From positions 1-64,000 of IMG/VR virus record IMGVR_UViG_3300034407_003088: a stretch of DNA of 64,000 nt. The stretch is one strand, 5' to 3'. The translations under genes were made by a program, and so were the position numbers. The notes beneath the pieces are model-generated. The model was not told the DNA's origin, ran no database searches, and worked only from the letters and a program-made list of their open reading frames with translations. Shown here one piece after another: positions 28,170-36,687 of this stretch. Every line of letters starts with the position of its first letter. Positions within the stretch are counted from its first letter, which is position 1. This DNA is from a virus (lineage: Duplodnaviria > Caudoviricetes).

Positions 28170-29639
28170 TTAGGCTTGTATTGTTAATATTGAATGTTTA
28201 TCAAAATATTTTTCGGTTTTTAAAACACGAAACCTACACTCTTGTAAATCATTCGTTACTTTATTACCTATTAACTTTGTTAAAATTTTGTAATTATTTT
28301 GAGAGTTAGAACCTTCATAATTTTCTTTATTTAATTTATTATAATTTGTACCTATATAACCATAATTTCCTCTACTTCTTATAGGTAAATATAACTCATC
28401 TCCCTCTTTCACTATGTTTTTTTTAGGTGAAACAGGAATAGTTAAAATCATATTATTACCATTACCACTTTCATCCCAAATCATATTTTTATATCCTGCA
28501 CTAAAATCATAATAACCAGATGGACATTCAATTGTATACTCATTGTTAAAATTACCATTTTTATAAATTTTATTTAATGATATTTCATTTAAAAATATAT
28601 CATAAAAACTTAAATCTCCAATTGAGATATCACATCTGGCCTGTGATGTGTGTGTTTCTTCTGTTGCAATACCAACATAAAATGGTGTTTCTAATGGATA
28701 TTTTTTAATTGAACTTTTAACTACCACACTACTACATAATAATCCATTTACATACATGTTAGCAGTCTTATTATCTTTACTATAAGATAATCCTACATGT
28801 ACCCATTCACCAATGTCTATTGGATAATCACCTACTCTAATATATTCATTTTTAAAAGTCCAAAGATTTGTACTCAATGTGAAATGTGAATCTTCTTCAT
28901 TGTATAAAAATTTTATACCTGAATGATAACCTGGTCTACTAACTGCATATCCTTCCTTTACAACACCTTTATTTAATCTGACCCAACATGTGATGGTAAA
29001 ACTATTATTCATAACATCCTTCATTGAACGAGTATTAGTCTGTATTTTTGTATAATTGTTGTAATCTATATCAATTGTATTTACTGATTTTGATTCTTCT
29101 ATTGTTCTTATAGTAGGATAATTTAATTGGTTCATTTTATATAATAAATGTAAATCCTCGTAACCATCACCCCAAAAATTATTATAAAACCCACCTATGT
29201 TTTCAAATTCTTTTTTAGTAAACATCAACGCACCATTAAAAAAAAACTTACTTGGTAAACTATACCCTTCTGGTACAAAATCAGGATGAATACCAAATGA
29301 TATTTCATTCAGAGAACCAACTAAACACTTAGGTCTTTCATCAAATGAGTAGTCACATTCATCATCTAAAGGTATAAAGTCACTACGATGGAATACAACA
29401 TAATCCCAATCATAATCAATGTTGTATATATTTTTAAAGACTTTAGTACCACTTAGAAATCCAACATTATATAACTTACCATAATTTACTAAATTTTTAT
29501 TTGATTTCAAATCAACTAATATAATTCTATATTCTACATCTTTGTCTTTCATGAACTCATCAAAATGTGCAACAAAGTTTTCATTATATTGTTCATTAAA
29601 ATCTGAAACTATTAATAATTTATTCATGACGATAATCAA
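28170..29639 (-). CDS. Degenerate GT7-LamG protein (copy 3)
   Basis: NYGKLYNVG, FHRSDFIP (DxD lost), FWGDGYEDLHL, LamG (WVHVGLSY, MYVNG). Confidence 0.75.
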   Translation of the reverse strand: MIIVMNKLLIVSDFNEQYNENFVAHFDEFMKDKDVEYRIILVDLKSNKNLVNYGKLYNVGFLSGTKVFKNIYNIDYDWDYVVFHRSDFIPLDDECDYSFDERPKCLVGSLNEISFGIHPDFVPEGYSLPSKFFFNGALMFTKKEFENIGGFYNNFWGDGYEDLHLLYKMNQLNYPTIRTIEESKSVNTIDIDYNNYTKIQTNTRSMKDVMNNSFTITCWVRLNKGVVKEGYAVSRPGYHSGIKFLYNEEDSHFTLSTNLWTFKNEYIRVGDYPIDIGEWVHVGLSYSKDNKTANMYVNGLLCSSVVVKSSIKKYPLETPFYVGIATEETHTSQARCDISIGDLSFYDIFLNEISLNKIYKNGNFNNEYTIECPSGYYDFSAGYKNMIWDESGNGNNMILTIPVSPKKNIVKEGDELYLPIRSRGNYGYIGTNYNKLNKENYEGSNSQNNYKILTKLIGNKVTNDLQECRFRVLKTEKYFDKHSILTIQA

Positions 29640-30477
29640 TACATTTTTGTTTTATGTCTTCCCAATAGGAATACCAGTTATTATCACTTAAATCCTCTAT
29701 CATAAAATCTTTTATATTTATTCTAAAGTTATTATCTAATAGATATTCATACATTTTCTTATACTCAAAGTAATAAGAGTAATCTTGTTTTATCATTGTT
29801 ACTTGTCTTAGTCTTTCAAAACAATCAAAGTCCCACTTCATATGATTAACTATTACAAAACACTCATCAACAGGATATTTCTTAGGATGATTCCATCTAT
29901 CACCATATGTGTCTTGACCATCAATGATGGCATAATGTTGACCTGGTGTAACATCAATATATCCTTTACTTAATACTATTTTGTTAGGACATGCATTTGA
30001 TATTGGTTCTCTAAAAAATCCACCCAATGGAAACTCTTCCCATATATTTGAGTCTCTATTTATTTTAGGAAATGTCCCATCAACTCCCAATCTATCAAGA
30101 AAACCACCACTTACAAAATCCCAACCATTCTCTTCACAATCATATATTATCTCTTCTAATGGTTTTGGATACTCATGAAACTCATCATCATCTGAAATAA
30201 CCCACCAATCATTTGGTTTTGTTCGTTTAGTCTCGTTATACAAATGTGTTACATGATTCCAATCATATGGTGGGTGTTTACTAATATTATATATTTTTAA
30301 TCCATAGTGACTTAAAACATCTTCAACCTCACCCACGAGATTTTTATTCTTACCATTGTCATATACATTCACAAACACATCATCAACTATATCTTGATAG
30401 TGACCAATCATATGATATAACATATTAGGATTATGACCACATACCGTAACTAAATTTTTGGGACTTTTACTGACCAA
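29620..30477 (-). CDS. GT2-like (GT-A fold) glycosyltransferase
   Basis: WWVISDDDEF acidic motif, GGFLDRLG, PNKI, PGQH, NHMKW. Confidence 0.7.
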   Translation of the reverse strand: MVSKSPKNLVTVCGHNPNMLYHMIGHYQDIVDDVFVNVYDNGKNKNLVGEVEDVLSHYGLKIYNISKHPPYDWNHVTHLYNETKRTKPNDWWVISDDDEFHEYPKPLEEIIYDCEENGWDFVSGGFLDRLGVDGTFPKINRDSNIWEEFPLGGFFREPISNACPNKIVLSKGYIDVTPGQHYAIIDGQDTYGDRWNHPKKYPVDECFVIVNHMKWDFDCFERLRQVTMIKQDYSYYFEYKKMYEYLLDNNFRINIKDFMIEDLSDNNWYSYWEDIKQKCIDYRHE

Positions 30478-32750
30478 CTGGCTCTCCTACAATTTTCCCA
30501 AAATTCTGCAAGTTCAGGAAATGTTTCCATAAAATTTTTATCTCTTCTATTATCATATTCATTGAAAAAATTAAAAAAGTCTCCACGATTCTTCACCAAC
30601 CAATCAACATCATCCAATGGTGACTCCGCATAATCAATCAATCGTCTAAACTTTTCTATTTCAAAATCATAGAATCCACTATGTCCATGACCATAAATGT
30701 GTAGATATTTATCTTCACGATATTTTTTCATCAACTCAATATCTTCCTTCATCTTATCAATCCATTTAGTAGGTAAGATTCTCAATGATTGGTGTGATGG
30801 TTGTCTTAAATATGCAACATCTAATAAGATTGCATAATGTCTGTATCGTTTACCATTGTAATGTTTTCTCTTTAGATGAAATACACCTTCAATAAGTTTA
30901 TCAAAGTTTGGTGCACTTAATGCATTATAAGTTGACATAATTGTAACAGATGCCTTTGGAACTTCTGTTAAGAATCTGTCTATGTTATACCAAAACTTTT
31001 CAAAGTCTAATCCATCACGAATATATTCTGCCTGGTCTCCCCATGATTCTATACTTGTATAAACTGAATAATTCCAAACCAAATCATTCTCTGTAATGTA
31101 TTTTGATTTCTCAATAAACTTATCAAACAAATCATCAGGTGGACAAAAGTTTGAATTAATACTAATCTCTAATTCTGGATTAATATCAGGATTTTCAATA
31201 ATATAGTCCAAGACCCTAAATGTTCCCTTATGAAGAATTGGTTCACCACCAGTAATTCTCAATGTATGTAGGTCAGGATATAAATCTGGCCACCATTTCC
31301 AAAATGCTTGTTCATATGGATTGAATTGTTTGTAAGGTATCGGCATCATATCTGCTCTTTTCAACCAATCTGTATTATTGAATAATCCACTTGTTGGGTA
31401 TGGGCCTTTCTTTTCTATCTCTTGTTGCCATCTTGATGAACTCTTCACATCACAATAACTACATGCAAAGTTACATTGATTACTAAATGATATCTCAACA
31501 TAAGGTGGATTGGTATCTTCTCTCCAATCTGAATCTCTAATCTTTCTAAAGTCTGGTAATGCCCATGCCTCTGCACTCTTCATATGTCTGTCACTAAATG
31601 CATCTTTATTTGCATCTTCTACTTTCCAACAATAATCACATTCTTTAGGTCTTCCACCCTCTAACATCATTTTTCTTTGAAGTTTTTTAAACTTCGTATT
31701 ATGTAGTGCAGATTTATTTTCTTCTAATTCCTCTAATGGTATTTTATGTGGAACAGGATGGTGACAACTATGAGTCATACCATTCTGTAATAATAATGAA
31801 ACTTGATTCCATTTTGCCAAACAGAATCCTCTACCGACTTTATTTAATTCTCTTTTAAGAATATTAATTTCTTTTAAACCATGAAGACTTTTTTCTTTAA
31901 AAATATCAATATCTACTTCTTGTTTTTGTGCCTCTTCATCTTTTATTTCAAATTGTTCCAAATGAATTCTCATCTTTAATTCTTCACTTGGTTTTTTCAA
32001 TTGTCCTTTTTCTTTTAGTCTATTTATTTCATTCTCAATATAAGGTGATGAATGTTTTAATAAATGATATTTGTAAGTTTCAAAATCAACATCAAGACCT
32101 TGACATATTTCCATAAACAGAATATGTTTCATTATATCAGAATTTTTGATATCATTTCTCTCTCTTTTCATTCTACTTAATTCTGATTCTGTATCTTTTC
32201 TTAAATCAGAGTTCAACATTTGAAGTCTTTTTCTTATTTCTTCTTTACCATACTCTGCATCTTTATCCATGTTCTCATACCAAACATCGGTATTTCTGTT
32301 ATACTTATTTATAATAACAACTCGTTGTTCTAATTCTTGGTATGGACTTAAAACTTTATTAGATTTTTTTATTTTATTAATTTCTCTCTCAACTTCTGGT
32401 GAAGTATGTTTTAAACATTGTTTTATCGCAACTCTATACTCAAGTTCTTGTGTAACATTTGTAATCTTTGCACTATCAGGAACATCGTGATAATATCTAT
32501 AGATTTCCTCATCAATATATTCATTTTGATATTTTTCACACTCAGATAACTTAATTAAATAATAACACTCTTTATCAAATTGTTTTGTGAAGAAATCTTT
32601 ATCTTGTGCACGATATAAATCCATTCTTTTTGAAACCCACTCTGTTGAATGTTGTTGTCTGATTTCATAATCAAATTGTTTTTCGGGCCATGCATTCAAA
32701 TGGTTAAACTCTTTAATACCCTTAACTTCTATTTGTACAAAATTGTTCAT
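30450..32750 (-). CDS. N-terminal twitch-domain radical SAM protein (copy 2) with an approximately 290-aa helical N-terminal extension
   Basis: FCLAKW...LQNGMTHSCHHP, RPKECDYCW, FSNQCNFACSYC, ITGGEP, INSN, D.RR..NF..TFPEL. Confidence 0.88.
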   Translation of the reverse strand: MNNFVQIEVKGIKEFNHLNAWPEKQFDYEIRQQHSTEWVSKRMDLYRAQDKDFFTKQFDKECYYLIKLSECEKYQNEYIDEEIYRYYHDVPDSAKITNVTQELEYRVAIKQCLKHTSPEVEREINKIKKSNKVLSPYQELEQRVVIINKYNRNTDVWYENMDKDAEYGKEEIRKRLQMLNSDLRKDTESELSRMKRERNDIKNSDIMKHILFMEICQGLDVDFETYKYHLLKHSSPYIENEINRLKEKGQLKKPSEELKMRIHLEQFEIKDEEAQKQEVDIDIFKEKSLHGLKEINILKRELNKVGRGFCLAKWNQVSLLLQNGMTHSCHHPVPHKIPLEELEENKSALHNTKFKKLQRKMMLEGGRPKECDYCWKVEDANKDAFSDRHMKSAEAWALPDFRKIRDSDWREDTNPPYVEISFSNQCNFACSYCDVKSSSRWQQEIEKKGPYPTSGLFNNTDWLKRADMMPIPYKQFNPYEQAFWKWWPDLYPDLHTLRITGGEPILHKGTFRVLDYIIENPDINPELEISINSNFCPPDDLFDKFIEKSKYITENDLVWNYSVYTSIESWGDQAEYIRDGLDFEKFWYNIDRFLTEVPKASVTIMSTYNALSAPNFDKLIEGVFHLKRKHYNGKRYRHYAILLDVAYLRQPSHQSLRILPTKWIDKMKEDIELMKKYREDKYLHIYGHGHSGFYDFEIEKFRRLIDYAESPLDDVDWLVKNRGDFFNFFNEYDNRRDKNFMETFPELAEFWENCRRASWSVKVPKI

Positions 32751-33454
32751 TTCTTCCTCACTAAAGTTGTTCCTGTAGAGAATGGTAGTGGTGTTTTTGA
32801 TTTAAAATCAAAGAAATCAAATACTTCCCATTTCTTACTCTTTTTAAGTTTCTTGATTAACTTAGCTGGGCCTGACATATCATCAAACTTCTCACCTTTT
32901 GGTACAATTAAACTATCGTAATATTTTTCATCTGTATCATGAATACTGATTATACCATTATCACTTAATCTTTCACTATATAATTCAAAATCTAATTCAA
33001 CTTGTTCAAATGAATGACCTGCATCAATGTGTAAATAATCTATTTGAATATCTTTTCTTAAGAAAAAGTTATAATAGGCGTCATCTGTAAGTGCCTCTAT
33101 GACTTTTGGTTGAAATGTTTCTACAAAATAACTTTCATCGTTCCAATCAGGTTCACCATTAACACCATTTTTTGCATCAACAACATATGTGATACCATAT
33201 ATATCATCGGTGAAAACATCTAATTCTTTTAAATCCCATTGTGCAGCAATCATCATTCGTGGAACAAATCCACCACCACTTCCTAAACAAACACAAGTAC
33301 GAGACTTCATTAAGTATGGTATTGTATAAAACAATAAACCACCACCCAAGTAAATGTGTGTTGCACCATGTGTATCTCTGTATTTTACTGGTTCTTTTTC
33401 ATCACCATTATGTAGTAATGAATCATATATCCAGCCTTGATTTAATAACCCCAT
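32747..33454 (-). CDS. Class I SAM-dependent methyltransferase (Methyltransf_24-like)
   Basis: VCLGSGGGF, YVVDA, IDYLHIDAGHSFEQVELDF, GIISIHDT. Confidence 0.85.
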   Translation of the reverse strand: MGLLNQGWIYDSLLHNGDEKEPVKYRDTHGATHIYLGGGLLFYTIPYLMKSRTCVCLGSGGGFVPRMMIAAQWDLKELDVFTDDIYGITYVVDAKNGVNGEPDWNDESYFVETFQPKVIEALTDDAYYNFFLRKDIQIDYLHIDAGHSFEQVELDFELYSERLSDNGIISIHDTDEKYYDSLIVPKGEKFDDMSGPAKLIKKLKKSKKWEVFDFFDFKSKTPLPFSTGTTLVRKK

Positions 33455-33470
33455 AATAAAACCTCTTTGT

Positions 33471-33478
33471 TATAAATA
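33471..33478 (-). promoter_or_regulatory. TATTTATA intergenic motif
   Basis: In the 29-bp gap upstream of the methyltransferase, followed by AGAGG and ATG. Confidence 0.55.
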
Positions 33479-33483
33479 TAATC

Positions 33484-34176
33484 CTACCATCTCAAACGAT
33501 TATAAAATGTTGCAACATGGTCTGAAAAATAAAATCTTTTTTCACATCCGTATTTCTCTTGGTCTTCTTTAAATGCATTTTGATAAAACCAATAGTCTGC
33601 ATCATATAAATCATTATCTTTTGTTGGTTTTGTAGGATATGGTTTCCAAACTGAATGATGAAATACTACTTGTCCACTATCACATGTTGAAGGTCTTATA
33701 TAAGTACCAGTATCATCATGTATAATCTGTGGATGATTATATCTACTTTCTCTTGATAAACTAACTTTAAATTGTTCACCTGTATCATGACCAAGAACTA
33801 TAAATTTAACTTTATCGGTTAATGATGGATTTTGTCCATTTAATATTGGATAAAGTACGGTATATAAGTCATAATGTAAAACATTATCATCATCAACAAG
33901 TAAAACCCATCCTTCATTTACATTTTCCATTAATGCATTTTTACCTTGATTTCCCCAACAACCACATTCTGTTTCTGTAAATGAATACATATCATCAAAT
34001 AAACTTGATTCAATATCCGACTTACTACAAACTAAAGTATCAATAGAAACATGCCATCTTATATCAAACATTTCATCATTAACTAATGGTTGTTTAAAGA
34101 TTGAATCTCTAATTAAATGTAAATTGTGTGGATTCAATCCACAAGGTGTTCCTATATTTATAACTATCGGTTTCAT
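33484..34176 (-). CDS. GT-A fold glycosyltransferase-like protein
   Basis: IGTPC, WGNQGKN, WVLLVDDDN (DxD), DSGQVV, ADYWF, TFYNRLR. Confidence 0.7.
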   Translation of the reverse strand: MKPIVINIGTPCGLNPHNLHLIRDSIFKQPLVNDEMFDIRWHVSIDTLVCSKSDIESSLFDDMYSFTETECGCWGNQGKNALMENVNEGWVLLVDDDNVLHYDLYTVLYPILNGQNPSLTDKVKFIVLGHDTGEQFKVSLSRESRYNHPQIIHDDTGTYIRPSTCDSGQVVFHHSVWKPYPTKPTKDNDLYDADYWFYQNAFKEDQEKYGCEKRFYFSDHVATFYNRLRW

Positions 34177-35660
34177 TATGGTGCTGAATTTGTTCCTTTA
34201 TTATGTACTAATATTCCATTTACAAGATATACATCAGAAGGTTCTACATCAAGATTAACAACTTCAACTTCACCTTCTACTCTTGATATTTGGTCAATTA
34301 AAATTAATGATTTATCTTCACCCAATAAAGATTGTCCAACTTTACAATTACCTGCCTTCATCCATTTCCATACATTGTCTGTATCTTTTATTAATAATTC
34401 ATGTTCACCAGTAACTTTAAGTTCTGAGTTAAATCCTGTAGTATTGTTTACACCAAATAAAACATAATAATGTGATGCATAATCAAAATAATAATTATCA
34501 ATTACTGCAGTACTTGATTCAAATCCATCTATTGATGATGTTGTCCAAGTTGACCATTCTTCATATCCTAAATCCTCATCAGGTAAAGTTTGAATATTAA
34601 ATGTATTTACCTCATCTCCAATATCTAAGTCCTCTATGTTTTTATCACCACTTGGTGTGGATACTTTTGAACCTGGTAGGAAACATGCAACCGTTTGTCC
34701 ACCATATGTATCTTGTACCTCTACAACCTTTGTTACTGCGGTGTTATATCTTGTGGAATGGTCATTGAATCCATCCGATTGTCCATCATCATTATACTTA
34801 CCAGATATTGTTACGGTTTGGTCATTGTATTGTGGCCCTGCCCACTTCTTTAATGTAATATGGTCAATAAAAATATTACCTGCACTACCTGTAAACTCTA
34901 ATCTTAAATCTACTGAAGTGGAACCACTTGTATAAAAGTTATCGGTAAATAAATTCCAATTGTTTGTATTGTTTGCACCATTTCTACCAAATGTATGTGA
35001 GTTACTTTTTAGTACAACTTGTATATTTCTATCACCAGCACTTGTATTATAAAATCTTCCTTGAATTTCATAAGTAGAATATGCATCTACACTAATAGTT
35101 TGAGTCAATGCACCATCGTCAATCTGTGCTGCAAACGAAGAACCACTACCTGCAGGGTCTGCATTTGGTGTTCCACCACTATAAGTGTGTTTCGTAACTG
35201 CATCTACAACTTCCTTTGTCCATGTTCCTGGTGTAGAAAGATTTGTCCAAGTTGCAAAATTACTATTACCAACAAGATTACTACCAACTGCAGTTTTTAA
35301 ATCCGATATGGTTCCTGCACTGAATGTTCTTTGATAACCACTATCTGTTGATAAACTAAATGCATCACTTTGATTTGTAGTCCATGTAAAGTTATCACTA
35401 CGAGAACCAATTTTACTTAAGAATTTACTACCAGCATTTTGAAAAGTCAAGTTATAATTCTCAGATGTTTGTTCATCAACATAGGCGAAACCATTTAATG
35501 TATTATCCACACTATCAATTGAAAACTCAGACATCTTAGTTTGTCCACCACCACCTGCACTTGTAAGTGAAGTGTTTGCGGTCGTATAACTTGAGATAGA
35601 CGAACTAACTGCTCTTCTTAGTTTTCCTAATGATAAGTTTTGGTTTATTGTTGTACTCAT
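34176..35660 (-). CDS. Virion-type protein with CBM-like jelly-roll and C-terminal Hint domain
   Basis: CBM4/9-like segment (NLVGNSNF..W...FIDHITLK). Hint about 34200-34685: CFLPGSKV, IEDLDIGD, VTGEH, VNLDVE, ILVHN followed by K. Confidence 0.85.
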   Translation of the reverse strand: MSTTINQNLSLGKLRRAVSSSISSYTTANTSLTSAGGGGQTKMSEFSIDSVDNTLNGFAYVDEQTSENYNLTFQNAGSKFLSKIGSRSDNFTWTTNQSDAFSLSTDSGYQRTFSAGTISDLKTAVGSNLVGNSNFATWTNLSTPGTWTKEVVDAVTKHTYSGGTPNADPAGSGSSFAAQIDDGALTQTISVDAYSTYEIQGRFYNTSAGDRNIQVVLKSNSHTFGRNGANNTNNWNLFTDNFYTSGSTSVDLRLEFTGSAGNIFIDHITLKKWAGPQYNDQTVTISGKYNDDGQSDGFNDHSTRYNTAVTKVVEVQDTYGGQTVACFLPGSKVSTPSGDKNIEDLDIGDEVNTFNIQTLPDEDLGYEEWSTWTTSSIDGFESSTAVIDNYYFDYASHYYVLFGVNNTTGFNSELKVTGEHELLIKDTDNVWKWMKAGNCKVGQSLLGEDKSLILIDQISRVEGEVEVVNLDVEPSDVYLVNGILVHNKGTNSAP

Positions 35661-35663
35661 AAT

Positions 35664-35671
35664 TATAAATA
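35664..35671 (-). promoter_or_regulatory. TATTTATA intergenic motif
   Basis: Fills the 11-bp gap, 3 nt before the ATG of the Hint protein; no SD is visible. Confidence 0.5.
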
Positions 35672-36679
35672 TTACTCGTTGTAGATTCGTAGATATTTTT
35701 CAACCCATTCTTCTTTATTATCGTATTTTTTTAAATTTTTTCTCAACCCTTCAAGTAAAGTTTTTCTATGTAATTCTGATAATGTTTTTATCTCTTCTAC
35801 ACATTTATCAAACTCTTCCTTTGTGGTTGCTCTAAATGGATAATGCATATCATCACACCAATTATGTGGTAAAATTGGTAATTTACCATAGTCAATTGCC
35901 TCAAAAATACTATATCCAAAAGGTTCATTGAGATGTGCAGAATGACTTATTCCCCAATCATCTCTATCTAAAAACTTTTTTAAGAACTGATACTTAAATT
36001 GATAAAATCTTGTATCAGAAAATTTAATTTTTAGTTTCTTTTCCCACTCTTGAACATCAAAGATATCGGTGAATGCAAATGATTTATGTCCTAATAGGAA
36101 GTGTGGGGCCTTTCTCGTTTCCATTCTGGCGGCAAAACCAATAGTGTCATTCATCACGATATCTTTGTTTCGTTCAAATTCATAATAATTCGGTATATCA
36201 ATTAAATCAAAATCTTTATGTAATGGTGTTTTTTGTACACCTATCCAAATCTTGTGTTTTGACCATTTCAAAACATCTCTTTCCCAATCTTTTGATGAGG
36301 CAAAGTGCATTAATCTCGGTAGATTTAAAGTAAACCCTGCCTGTAAACTTAAGTCTAAACTAACATGAACTACATTAGAATGTATCTTATCACGATGTTC
36401 AGATATTAATTTATGTGGTGTGTAGTATCCATGAAGTATATTGATTCTTCTACACTCTTTTATGTATTGTTCAAACTTGATTGGGTCATCACTTTGCCAT
36501 ACCACCTCAACATCAGTATCAAACTCCACATTTAAATCATCTATACGATTACGATGTATCAATAGTTTACTTGGATATGTAAGTTTTGGACTAACTTCTT
36601 TTAACCATTTGTTAACCCAAACATCACTTCCACCATAAACTAATGAACCACCACCTGTACTATAATATACATCAAACAT
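35672..36679 (-). CDS. GT4-family (GT-B) glycosyltransferase
   Basis: YGGSDVWV, IGFAARMETRK, EPFGYSIFEA (EX7E signature), GKLPI. Confidence 0.85.
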   Translation of the reverse strand: MFDVYYSTGGGSLVYGGSDVWVNKWLKEVSPKLTYPSKLLIHRNRIDDLNVEFDTDVEVVWQSDDPIKFEQYIKECRRINILHGYYTPHKLISEHRDKIHSNVVHVSLDLSLQAGFTLNLPRLMHFASSKDWERDVLKWSKHKIWIGVQKTPLHKDFDLIDIPNYYEFERNKDIVMNDTIGFAARMETRKAPHFLLGHKSFAFTDIFDVQEWEKKLKIKFSDTRFYQFKYQFLKKFLDRDDWGISHSAHLNEPFGYSIFEAIDYGKLPILPHNWCDDMHYPFRATTKEEFDKCVEEIKTLSELHRKTLLEGLRKNLKKYDNKEEWVEKYLRIYNE

Positions 36680-36687
36680 AATAACCT

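Noticed and set aside
4074-36679. Interpretation as a bacterial O-antigen/capsule locus or a giant (NCLDV) virus
   Set aside because: No wzx/wzy/ABC export or housekeeping genes are present, the island is contiguous with phage fibre, S74, lysin and primase genes, and SD-led coupled operons argue against a eukaryotic virus.
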